A DNA stretch of 52,602 nt from a virus (Duplodnaviria; Caudoviricetes), in IMG/VR virus record IMGVR_UViG_3300001683_000042, positions 1 to 52,602 of that record. One strand, written 5' to 3'. The notes under the pieces were generated by a model. The model saw only the letters and a list, made by a program, of their open reading frames with translations, searched no databases and was not told where the DNA came from. The position numbers and the translations under genes were made by a program. Shown in pieces: positions 27,812 to 36,781 of the stretch. Positions within the stretch are counted from its first letter, which is position 1. Every line of letters starts with the position of its first letter.

Positions 27812-29545
27812 TTAAGTGTGTTCTAATATCTCCTTATCACAACTAAATGATGTAAAACCATCTTCTTTAATTACGTTTAGTATGTCGTCTACTCGCCCTA
27901 CGAGTTCGTCCTTATGTGATATTAAAAAAACATTTTTATTTCTTTCTCGTGTGATTCTTTTAAGCTCAGCCAGCGCAGACTCAACGCCAGTTGTATCCAT
28001 TCCTGAATCAATTAGTTCATCGATGAATAATAAATTTATAGGTGTGTTCATGGATTCAAAAATATCTCTAAATGAAAAACTTAAACCCAATATAAGCCTG
28101 TTTCGCTCTCCTCTTGACAAGTTATCAAAATCTAAGTCTCTACCATGTTCTGTAATTTCTACACTCATATCGCTAAGAAATTTAACATAATGTGGTAACC
28201 CTAGTTTTTGTAAATAGTATTTAAGTCTTGTATTCAAATATGCTAAGTTTTGGTCTATAATCTTCTTTCTTATGAAAGAATCTTTATTTGTTAGTAGTTT
28301 AAGTAAGAATTCTTGATGCTCTCTTAAATTATCTAGATCATTAATTCGAACCCAATTAATTTCCTGTAATCCTTTATTTTTTAGTGTTTCAATTTGATCC
28401 ACATATTGATTTGTTTCTGACAACTTATTTTCTAGTTGATTAGATAAAGTATCTAATGTTGTTTTATGATTATAGGCATCACTTATTTCATCGTAATGGG
28501 TATTTGGTTGTTTATCTAATTCTCCTAATTCATCTTTCTCTTTTTTATATTCTGTAATTTCTTTTGTATAATTTTTTAGTTTTTCTTTTTTTGTTTTTAA
28601 TAATTTTTTATGTAAATCATCATCTAATGGTTTCCCACATACATAACATTCGTCATCTTTTATGCTTGTTAGATCTTGATTTAACTTGGAGATTTTAGTA
28701 TCTATTTGTGCAATATCTCTGTCTAGTTGCAATATTTTTCTTTGCTTATCACTATATGCTTTTAAGTCTTTATGAGCTTGCAGTTCTTGTTCTATGTCTA
28801 TGTTAGATAATTCTAATAGTTTACCCTTTAACTCTTCTATATTCTCTATATGTTTTTTATCTCGTAAATCACTGCGTCTTTGCAAGTCTTTAATTGTGCT
28901 TTCTATTTGTTCGTTTGCTTGTTTTATTCCTCCTATTTTAAATTCTTCTTCCTTGTGTGCATCTTTTGTTTCCCGCACCAACTCTTTTAATAATGCCGCC
29001 TTTTCAGATAATAAAGTAATACCTAATAATTCTTCTATTAAGTTGCGTTGATCGTGTTGCCTCATAGCAAGGAATGGTTCTGTGTATGTATTGAGTGCCA
29101 TAACATGTTTGAACATATTATGAGTCATTCCAAGAATTTTATCTATTTGTCTTTGAGTTAATTTGCTCTCACCTTGCCCTTCATCTGTTTCGTCTATTTG
29201 TTCGGAATTATTAACATAAAATTTTAGTATACCTGGTTTGCGTCCTCGTTCAATTCTATAAGTTGTATTATTATGTATAAATTCAACCATGACAAGCATA
29301 TGTTTGCCGTTGGTTTTGTTAATTAAGTTATCACGTTTAATATTTGTTAATGGTATGCCAAATAAACCATAAGACAACGCATTAACAAGTGTAGTCTTAC
29401 CTGTACCATTGCGGGATCCGTCACCGCCTAAGTCTAAATTATTTCCAAGAACCAAAGTTAAACCGGTGTTGTTTAATATAACTCCTTGTGTTACATTACC
29501 AACACTCATGAAATTCTTGATGGAAATTTCGTTGATAGAAAGCAT
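27812..29545 (-). CDS. gp46: Recombination endonuclease ATPase subunit (gp46/SbcC/Rad50)
   Basis: KNFMSVGN, Walker A NGTGKT, zinc hook CYVC, LSRGE signature, LFIDE Walker B, ISH. Confidence 0.95.
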   Translation of the reverse strand: MLSINEISIKNFMSVGNVTQGVILNNTGLTLVLGNNLDLGGDGSRNGTGKTTLVNALSYGLFGIPLTNIKRDNLINKTNGKHMLVMVEFIHNNTTYRIERGRKPGILKFYVNNSEQIDETDEGQGESKLTQRQIDKILGMTHNMFKHVMALNTYTEPFLAMRQHDQRNLIEELLGITLLSEKAALLKELVRETKDAHKEEEFKIGGIKQANEQIESTIKDLQRRSDLRDKKHIENIEELKGKLLELSNIDIEQELQAHKDLKAYSDKQRKILQLDRDIAQIDTKISKLNQDLTSIKDDECYVCGKPLDDDLHKKLLKTKKEKLKNYTKEITEYKKEKDELGELDKQPNTHYDEISDAYNHKTTLDTLSNQLENKLSETNQYVDQIETLKNKGLQEINWVRINDLDNLREHQEFLLKLLTNKDSFIRKKIIDQNLAYLNTRLKYYLQKLGLPHYVKFLSDMSVEITEHGRDLDFDNLSRGERNRLILGLSFSFRDIFESMNTPINLLFIDELIDSGMDTTGVESALAELKRITRERNKNVFLISHKDELVGRVDDILNVIKEDGFTSFSCDKEILEHT

Positions 29546-29554
29546 AACTTACTA

Positions 29555-30580
29555 TTATACAGTCAGATTGTTATAAATGTCAACCAATTTCTTATTATCT
29601 ATATGGGTTGATTTGATAGTAGAAAGTTCATTTAATACTATTTGATCGACAGATTCAAATTTGGGAATCTCACCATCGGACCAATCTATTTCGTGTTCAT
29701 CTTCTCTTTCTGGTAATAATACTATTTCTCGTAAACCATATTCATCGGTAAACACTTGTTTAATATGTGTTGCTTCTTCATATGAAATATCTACGTCTAA
29801 TGTTACTCTTATATATGTTTTTGGTTTTAAATATTTTTCTGGATTGTCAATTAATTTACTAAGGTTAATTGTTTTAAAAGAAGGAGCATTAGGCCATGCA
29901 GTATATTGTGGTTCTTCTCCCCATTCTAGTATCATCATTCCCCTATCATCTTGCCATGTATCAGAATAATTATGAGGAAACGTATTGCCTATGTATATAA
30001 CATTTTTTTGTTGTTGGCGACTATGAAAATGACCAGAGAATACATATTCCTGATTTTTAAAATGTGTTTTTTGCAATTCTCCTGTATCAGGCATGGCCAC
30101 AAGTTGATTCATTTGAAATCCACCTAATTCAAAATGACCAAATATATACCTAGATTTTATACCAGGCATTTCCTTCCATTCATCTTGAACCAACCAAGGT
30201 ATTATGCTTACATCGCCTTCTGTAAAAATATCATTTATAATGTGTACATTATCATATAAACTACCAAATGCTACACTATTAATTTCACGTTTATCTCTAT
30301 AAAACAAATCATGGTTTCCCATTATTACAAAAACATTTGTAAATGCCTTAGATAAAAATTCTAAATTTGACATTGTATAATTCATAGTGCTAACATTAAT
30401 CGATGCTCTATGATGATGCCAATCACCTAGAAATATGCAAGTTTCACATTTTGCTTTTTTGGCTTGTTTAATAAACCATTTAACAAATTCTTCACAATCT
30501 GTGTTATGTGTTCTACTATTATTTCTTAAACCAAAATGTATATCTGTAAAACATGCTACTTTTTTAAATAGATTATTCAT
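29555..30580 (-). CDS. gp47: Recombination endonuclease nuclease subunit (gp47/SbcD/Mre11)
   Basis: TDIHFG, FLGDW, GNHD, GHFE and SGHFH phosphoesterase motifs. Confidence 0.95.
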   Translation of the reverse strand: MNNLFKKVACFTDIHFGLRNNSRTHNTDCEEFVKWFIKQAKKAKCETCIFLGDWHHHRASINVSTMNYTMSNLEFLSKAFTNVFVIMGNHDLFYRDKREINSVAFGSLYDNVHIINDIFTEGDVSIIPWLVQDEWKEMPGIKSRYIFGHFELGGFQMNQLVAMPDTGELQKTHFKNQEYVFSGHFHSRQQQKNVIYIGNTFPHNYSDTWQDDRGMMILEWGEEPQYTAWPNAPSFKTINLSKLIDNPEKYLKPKTYIRVTLDVDISYEEATHIKQVFTDEYGLREIVLLPEREDEHEIDWSDGEIPKFESVDQIVLNELSTIKSTHIDNKKLVDIYNNLTV

Positions 30581-31329
30581 TTAATCTTATCGCCTTTTTT
30601 AGTTAATAAAACAGAATTAAAAGAAATCATAGTTCGTACACCTTCGCCCCGAAAAGGAAACACCGTATGCAATAGCCACGACGGCCACATAAAAACGTCA
30701 CCATTTTTGGGTTGAATCCCCCATGACCCATTATACATAGTATCTCCCGATCCTGGTGGTATCCAGTTTATAGTACCTTGTGGATATGGTACGTCTGGAA
30801 CATCTAAATATATTGCTCCGCTAACAGTTGCTCCCGAGTTTGAATGTTCGTGTAATATATGGAAATCTCCTGCTTTTAATTTAACGTACCAAACATCGTT
30901 TACTTGAGGTATTAACTCATTTCCTTGTTTTCTTATATTTTCAATAGCATCCAAATCACTTCGCAATGCAATATCATCCTCAACATGAGAGTTAATAATT
31001 TGACCAAAAGTTAATGTTAGATTTGTAAGTAATTCGTTAATAACATTATTATATTTTTTTTCTTGAAATTCGGGAGGTATAGGATACATTTCTCCATCAA
31101 CTATACTATTTTTTTGATTCTCTTCTGCTTTTGTTCCTTGAATAATTTGACCTTCTGCATTTAATTTATCTTTAATATCTTGTTGGTTACTAAGATCATT
31201 AACTACTTTTAATACTTCTTGTATTGTATTATTATTCAAAGACATATATAGCATATTAGGTCCAAACGGATTGAATGCCCTAACATTTTCTGCAATGTCT
31301 GGATTAAATTGAATTTTGCTGTGAAGCAT
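30577..31329 (-). CDS. 2OG-Fe(II) oxygenase-like protein
   Basis: HEH...SGAIYL, P..GD..MWPSWLLHTVFP and RTMISFN motifs. Confidence 0.8.
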   Translation of the reverse strand: MLHSKIQFNPDIAENVRAFNPFGPNMLYMSLNNNTIQEVLKVVNDLSNQQDIKDKLNAEGQIIQGTKAEENQKNSIVDGEMYPIPPEFQEKKYNNVINELLTNLTLTFGQIINSHVEDDIALRSDLDAIENIRKQGNELIPQVNDVWYVKLKAGDFHILHEHSNSGATVSGAIYLDVPDVPYPQGTINWIPPGSGDTMYNGSWGIQPKNGDVFMWPSWLLHTVFPFRGEGVRTMISFNSVLLTKKGDKIK

Positions 31330-32210
31330 TACCCTCCTAACTCTGTCATTTCTGCTACTCGTTCAGCCAGGTCTGCTACTCGTTCCATTCGTTCTTGGTC
31401 GCTCTCGCCCTCACGTTCTCTTCGTGTTGCTTCTGTTTTTTCAGCAATAGCAATCTGATGGGCCATTTGTCTAGTATAGCTAGGATTGTGACCTGCTTTT
31501 TCGAGTAAGTCGTCGCGAATATTTTGACTACGTTTTTCTACATTTAATACCCGAGTAAAGGAATTTGTTATTGCGGCAGTATAATATGCAAATGGATTTT
31601 GACTTTTACTTTCATCAAATTGTAATGAAATTTGTGATAATTGCAATAATGCTTGTGAGCGCATCTCGTCTACATAAGTATATCCTCGCCAATTTGATCT
31701 TGTGGCATATCGTTCTGTAAGTTTCATACACATATTAGCAAGTTCATCTGTCATGTAACCGTGGGTTACACAAAACTTGCCGGTTGATATTGTACCTTTC
31801 CAATGTGATCGTGCTACTTCTTTATATCTGTTTTTATTTGGATTCCAAACAAGATGTTTCCAAGGAGGAAAATTTACTTTAGCATGATGATCTGCTATTG
31901 TTTTCGGTTTATTTTTTCGTCCTGGTTCTAATGGAATATGTGAAAAATCATATACTCTATATACTATATCAACAGGATCAACGTCTACTTCTACATCTTT
32001 ATCAACTTGTAATCGTTTTTTACGATTAGTAATTGCTTCTTCTTTATGTTCGTCAGTTAATTCGTCTATATCTATTGTGTTTATGTGCTCTGCTACAATT
32101 AAATCATAATCTTTAAATTTATCATGAGTATATGCACTATATGTTTGTTTTGAAAAATGTATTTGTTTTAAAATATCTTTATTATTTAGGTAATTTCGTT
32201 TTGCAGCCAT
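31329..32210 (-). CDS. gp55: Late-transcription sigma factor (gp55-like)
   Basis: NYLNNKD, NWRGYTYVDEM and FDESKSQNPFAYYT motifs; upstream of gp47/gp46. Confidence 0.9.
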   Translation of the reverse strand: MAAKRNYLNNKDILKQIHFSKQTYSAYTHDKFKDYDLIVAEHINTIDIDELTDEHKEEAITNRKKRLQVDKDVEVDVDPVDIVYRVYDFSHIPLEPGRKNKPKTIADHHAKVNFPPWKHLVWNPNKNRYKEVARSHWKGTISTGKFCVTHGYMTDELANMCMKLTERYATRSNWRGYTYVDEMRSQALLQLSQISLQFDESKSQNPFAYYTAAITNSFTRVLNVEKRSQNIRDDLLEKAGHNPSYTRQMAHQIAIAEKTEATRREREGESDQERMERVADLAERVAEMTELGG

Positions 32211-32237
32211 GTATCTCCGTGGTTATTTACTACTATT

Positions 32238-32266
32238 ATTATACAGTATTAAGCATCCAAAGTCAA
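32238..32266 (-). promoter_or_regulatory. Sigma70-type early promoter for the gp55-gp47-gp46 operon
   Basis: TTGACT-17 nt-TATAAT. Confidence 0.75.
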
Positions 32267-32277
32267 GAATTTTTGGC

Positions 32278-32285
32278 GATAAATA
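32278..32285 (+). promoter_or_regulatory. Putative late promoter (GATAAATA) for the baseplate operon
   Basis: Octamer ending 5 nt before ATG 32291. Confidence 0.55.
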
Positions 32286-32290
32286 TTAAT

Positions 32291-32929
32291 ATGAGAATCC
32301 TTGAACTTTTTGAAGCAATTGCTAAAACGCCTGTTGTATTTTATGGGGGCAGATTTCAGCCTATGCATAAAGGACATTATGGTGTATATAAGCACTTAGG
32401 TGAAAAGTTTGGTGCTAATAATGTATTTATCGCTACTATGTTTGGCAAAAAACAACAGCAAGCACATGCGGCTGAAGACTTTTCATCTGATCCTTTTACT
32501 TTTCAAGAGAAAGCTGATATTATATCTACAATGTATAAAATACCAAAAGATCATATTGTAGAAACAATGCCATATAGACCAGACTTAACTAAAGTAGGAA
32601 GAGACCCTGCAACAAATTATGTTATATTAGCAGTAGGTGCCAAAGAAACAAATAGATTAAAGGTAGGAAATGTAATACAAGAGTATAGTGAAAATACGTT
32701 ACTAGAACCTTCTGTTGATTCAGAAACAGGACAAGAACGTGCATACAAATATATTGTACCTTCTCAGGAAGGTGGAATAAATGCTTCATCTTTTAGGGCA
32801 GATATAATACAAGAAAAGGACGAAAATAGAATGAGAGAACAATTTGATGATTACTTTGGTGGAATACAAGTTAATCCTGATGCTAGAAATAGAATATTTG
32901 GCATGGTAATGCGAGGAATTAGACGATGA
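32291..32929 (+). CDS. Cytidylyltransferase-like (HxGH) nucleotidyltransferase
   Basis: VFYGGRFQPMHKGH, PFTFQEK and INASSFR; start moved to ATG 32291 because the longer ORF overlaps gp55 and its promoter. Confidence 0.8.
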   Translation: MRILELFEAIAKTPVVFYGGRFQPMHKGHYGVYKHLGEKFGANNVFIATMFGKKQQQAHAAEDFSSDPFTFQEKADIISTMYKIPKDHIVETMPYRPDLTKVGRDPATNYVILAVGAKETNRLKVGNVIQEYSENTLLEPSVDSETGQERAYKYIVPSQEGGINASSFRADIIQEKDENRMREQFDDYFGGIQVNPDARNRIFGMVMRGIRR

Positions 32930-33561
32930 AAGATACACGAGCAAGGTTATCTTTGCCACAAAATAGTGATATACTAGAAACCAAGGGTGGAAAAATAAAT
33001 CCTATTTTGCTACCACTTAAAAAGTTTCACGGAATAATTTGGCCTTATACGCCAACTATTAATGTATCGCATCAAGCAGAATATGGTGAGTATGACATAA
33101 CCCATTCTAATTATCCTACTCAATATTTTTCTAAAAGTAGACCACCTAATTTACAGGTATCGGGGCCGTTAACTGCCCAAACTGCGGCAGAAGGACATTA
33201 TATGATAGCATGTCTTCATTTTTTACGTATAGTTACTAAAATGCACTTTGGGATGAACGATGAAAAAAGAGGAACACCACCACCTGTATTAAAGTTTAGT
33301 GCATATGGAGATTTAATGTTTAGTAATATTCCTGTTTTGGTTCGTTCTTTTGCATATGACTTAGGACAAGACATAGATTATATAGATGTTGAAACAGACT
33401 CGGCGGAAGCAGGATTTAACGATGGATTTAATACAAAAGTACCTACTATGCTGAACTTAGTAATTGATTTAGTAGTTCAACAAACTCCTAGTAAACTTAG
33501 AACAACATTTACTATGAATGATTTTAAATCAGGCAAATTAGTTAAGGATGGATTTATTTAA
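32926..33561 (+). CDS. Baseplate/tail-tube initiator-like protein (gp48/54 or CIS-tube-like)
   Basis: IIWPYTPTI and GTPPPVLKFSAYG motifs; directly upstream of the gp53-like gene. Confidence 0.55.
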   Translation: MKDTRARLSLPQNSDILETKGGKINPILLPLKKFHGIIWPYTPTINVSHQAEYGEYDITHSNYPTQYFSKSRPPNLQVSGPLTAQTAAEGHYMIACLHFLRIVTKMHFGMNDEKRGTPPPVLKFSAYGDLMFSNIPVLVRSFAYDLGQDIDYIDVETDSAEAGFNDGFNTKVPTMLNLVIDLVVQQTPSKLRTTFTMNDFKSGKLVKDGFI

Positions 33562-33857
33562 TGGCAACATATAAACCTAATAGTATATACGCATTAACTC
33601 CAATGGATTCTGGTAAATTGGGGATTTGGGATGCACCCGAAGTTGTAATTACCGGAAATGAAACAACTACAACAATTTCACGTCACCATAGAAATCGTCC
33701 TGATCTTTTAAGTCATGAATTATATGGAACACCACAATTATGGTGGATTTTTAAAATGATAAATCCGGATAAATTAAATGATCCGGTTTGGGATTTTGTT
33801 GAAGGAGTAGAAATTTTAACTCCTAACCCAACAGAAGTAAGTGCATATTTAAGTTAA
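33561..33857 (+). CDS. gp53: Baseplate wedge protein (gp53/LysM-like)
   Basis: RPDLLSHELYGTPQLWWIF...N motif. Confidence 0.8.
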   Translation: MATYKPNSIYALTPMDSGKLGIWDAPEVVITGNETTTTISRHHRNRPDLLSHELYGTPQLWWIFKMINPDKLNDPVWDFVEGVEILTPNPTEVSAYLS

Positions 33858-33872
33858 CAAAGGAACCAAGTT

Positions 33873-35348
33873 ATGCCTAATGACCGAGCTGAAGCTTTTT
33901 ATCAATCAATGTCAGATGCACAATATGGCCCTCGAAATGAAGGTGGATCAGGTCCAGATGGCAGAATAGATTATTCAAGCGGTGGGAAAGATAAAAATAG
34001 TTTTGCACCAAAAGATTCTATAAAATATTCAACTAAAGGATTTTTGGGAAATGCCTTGAGCTCAATGCCTTCTGCTACCTATTACACTAGATTAAGTATT
34101 TGTCATCCAACCATTGTACATAATTTATCGTTAAACAATAAGAAAAAAATAATAATTGCAGAAACTGCAACTACTGCAATATTTGCAATTACAGATTTAG
34201 AAATAATTCATACTGTTAGTTGGAATAAACAAACTAGATCAGCACTAGGAATAGGAGCAAATATAACAATAGTCGAAACACATGGTGCGGCTCTTTTGGA
34301 TTATATTAATAAAGCATGTAAAGATTTAGGTATTAAATCACCTAAAGAAGCAACCTATTTATTAGAAATAATGTTTAATAATGGTAATGCAGAAAATGTA
34401 GAACCAGGTCAATCCGCATATTATTTTGTCTACCCAATTCAGTTTTTAAACATGAATATATCTATTAGTGAAAAAGGCGGCCAATATAGAATTTATGCAC
34501 AAGAGCCAGGAGTAACAGCATATGGCGGACAAGTAGGACCCACAATAAAAAATGTATCAACTATTGCCGCATCATCTTTAGGTGAATGGACTAAAGGATT
34601 CCAAACTTTTTTAAATGACTGTGCTAAAGATGAAGTTAAATCAAAAGCACATTTTATTAGAGATGAATATTATATTAAGATAGATGACGCATGGAAAGAT
34701 TATAAATTTTCTAACTTAAAAAATGCATCAAAAGAAAATAATCAATCAACACGATCTCATATAGATAATTCTAAGTTAGTAATTCAGATAGCAAAAGGTT
34801 CTCGTATTCCCGATATATTAAATTCTATAATGGGAGCGACAGAAGAATTTCAACGAGTTAAAACTACCGAAGGTGGATTTATGCGTGAAATGGGTACAGA
34901 TGGAAAAATGACTAATTCAAAAAGTATTCCGGAAATTTTTCGTTTGGTTTGTGATATGAGATTTGGGGATTATGATATATCACGAAAAAGATATTCAAGA
35001 AAATATTTGTATTCATTCGAATCATATAAAGACGCAACAGTATATTCCGGAGAACTTGCAACTCAGTTTAATGATAAAGATGTAATGAAAGACAAAGTAA
35101 CTAAGTTATTAGAAGAACAATTACTTACAAAACGATATGATTATAATTTTACAGGATTAAATACAGAAGTATTACAGTTTGATATAAATTTTGATCTTAC
35201 ATATTTTAGATCTATTCCTATTAGAGATGGTCACCAAGCTCAACTAACAGCGGTAAATGATAGCCACCTCATGACAACGGGGTTAGGTCCAGAAGGTAAA
35301 GAAATTAGGATCTTAGAAAATATATTGGCAAAACATATGGTCCTTTAA
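33873..35348 (+). CDS. Baseplate hub-like protein, N-terminal part of an apparently split gene
   Basis: 491 aa between the gp53- and gp5-like genes; IIIAETA and KRYDYNFTGLNTEVLQFDINF; overlaps an open -1 frame from 35309. Confidence 0.6.
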   Translation: MPNDRAEAFYQSMSDAQYGPRNEGGSGPDGRIDYSSGGKDKNSFAPKDSIKYSTKGFLGNALSSMPSATYYTRLSICHPTIVHNLSLNNKKKIIIAETATTAIFAITDLEIIHTVSWNKQTRSALGIGANITIVETHGAALLDYINKACKDLGIKSPKEATYLLEIMFNNGNAENVEPGQSAYYFVYPIQFLNMNISISEKGGQYRIYAQEPGVTAYGGQVGPTIKNVSTIAASSLGEWTKGFQTFLNDCAKDEVKSKAHFIRDEYYIKIDDAWKDYKFSNLKNASKENNQSTRSHIDNSKLVIQIAKGSRIPDILNSIMGATEEFQRVKTTEGGFMREMGTDGKMTNSKSIPEIFRLVCDMRFGDYDISRKRYSRKYLYSFESYKDATVYSGELATQFNDKDVMKDKVTKLLEEQLLTKRYDYNFTGLNTEVLQFDINFDLTYFRSIPIRDGHQAQLTAVNDSHLMTTGLGPEGKEIRILENILAKHMVL

Positions 35349-35359
35349 GTGATCAAGGA

Positions 35360-36148
35360 TTGATATATGGTGCAAATCCTCAGGATGCCGATGATTTAGA
35401 AAAAGCACAGGCGGCTCTTGCAAGCGAAACTTCTACAAATATTAGAAAAGGTAGCGGACTGTACATTGAATCATATACATTACCTTCAACTCAGGAAAAT
35501 ATTTCATTCCATACACTTTCATCGGATACTGTTGATAGTGGTAATGCTTTACAACAAAATGTAACACCCGACAAAAGCACAGGACGAATAAAATTAGGTA
35601 ATATGTATATGGAATTAACAGGCGGTTCAGAATTATCAGAGATTAATATAGAAATTAAAGGAGATCCATATTGGTTAGGTATGTCAAATTTAACTAAACA
35701 ATTTAGAAACGCAAGTACTGGCATAGCAGAGTTTGCAATATACGAACAAGGTGCTCCTATGTTTTGGTTAAATGTGAATAGTCCGGTTGAACCAGATCCA
35801 GATACAGGAAAAATGGAATTTGTAAACAATGTAACAATAAGTGGAATATTTAAAGTAAAAAATGTTATATCTCGATTTGTTAATGGTGCCTTTACCCAAT
35901 CATTGGAAGCAATTCGAGATATTTCAACTAATTATGAATTGGCCCGTTCTACTTTATTAAAATATACAAGTGAACAAGAAATTAGTTTAGCAAACCGTGC
36001 GGTAAAAGAGAAAGCCTCGCACCAAGATGCACACTCAGATGATGAAAAAGGACGAGGCCGACCTCAAGAAACGTTTAATCGGGAAAAGTTTGACGACCTT
36101 CAAAGAAATGCCAATCTTGAATCAAAGGGATATGAAGAAAGGAGTTAA
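35360..36148 (+). CDS. Baseplate hub-like protein, C-terminal part of an apparently split gene
   Basis: IEIKGDPYWL and ISGIFKVKNVISRFVNGAFTQSLEAIR, a gp27/gpD-type hub ending; weak TTG start; frame open from 35309. Confidence 0.6.
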   Translation: MIYGANPQDADDLEKAQAALASETSTNIRKGSGLYIESYTLPSTQENISFHTLSSDTVDSGNALQQNVTPDKSTGRIKLGNMYMELTGGSELSEINIEIKGDPYWLGMSNLTKQFRNASTGIAEFAIYEQGAPMFWLNVNSPVEPDPDTGKMEFVNNVTISGIFKVKNVISRFVNGAFTQSLEAIRDISTNYELARSTLLKYTSEQEISLANRAVKEKASHQDAHSDDEKGRGRPQETFNREKFDDLQRNANLESKGYEERS

Positions 36149-36781
36149 ATGGCAACATATAAAACACAATTTGGAGAAAAACCACCAGTAGGTAGTTACG
36201 CAGGTTTTGGAGAAAGACCCGATAAGGATGGTAATTGGTCTTTTTCTAGCACCGATGATATTGGAACTAATATTGAAATAGCAAGATTACATCCTAAGTT
36301 ACGAAACTTTGCGGCAACTTTTGTTAAAAACGCAAAAGCTCATTCAAGTGTTTATGTTATTAAAATTGTAACAGGTGTTCGACAATTATCTAAACATAAA
36401 GAATTACGTAAAAAAGATACACTTAAACACAATTATAAAGATAGTCATCATTTAACTGGTACTTCATTTAGAATAGAAGTTGTTAGTATTAATAGTGTTT
36501 CAAAAACAAAATATTTGCACGAGACCGATGGATCTATAACAACTACAAATGAAGCACATTGGAAAGAAATAGGACAACTTGCAGAAACTCAAGGATTTCA
36601 TTGGGGTGGTAATGGTGGAGATAATTTATTTCAACAATATGCCAATGCCAATTATGGTAAAGGATGGAATAAAAATTATTTTGAATTTAGAGATTGTGGG
36701 CGACGTCGGGGAGCAAAAAAATATTGGTCTAGAGTTAAAGATGCAGACCAATGGTTTGAATTGGGGTGTTTACCGGAATGA
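36149..36781 (+). CDS. M15-family peptidase-like protein with a degenerate active site
   Basis: LHPKLR, TGVR, SHHLTGTSFR, W..IG..A...GFHWGG and YFE layout of L-Ala-D-Glu peptidases. Confidence 0.6.
   Translation: MATYKTQFGEKPPVGSYAGFGERPDKDGNWSFSSTDDIGTNIEIARLHPKLRNFAATFVKNAKAHSSVYVIKIVTGVRQLSKHKELRKKDTLKHNYKDSHHLTGTSFRIEVVSINSVSKTKYLHETDGSITTTNEAHWKEIGQLAETQGFHWGGNGGDNLFQQYANANYGKGWNKNYFEFRDCGRRRGAKKYWSRVKDADQWFELGCLPE

Noticed and set aside
35297-35348. Stop-codon reassignment to explain the split hub gene
   Set aside because: The halves are in different frames, and the core genes are intact under the standard code
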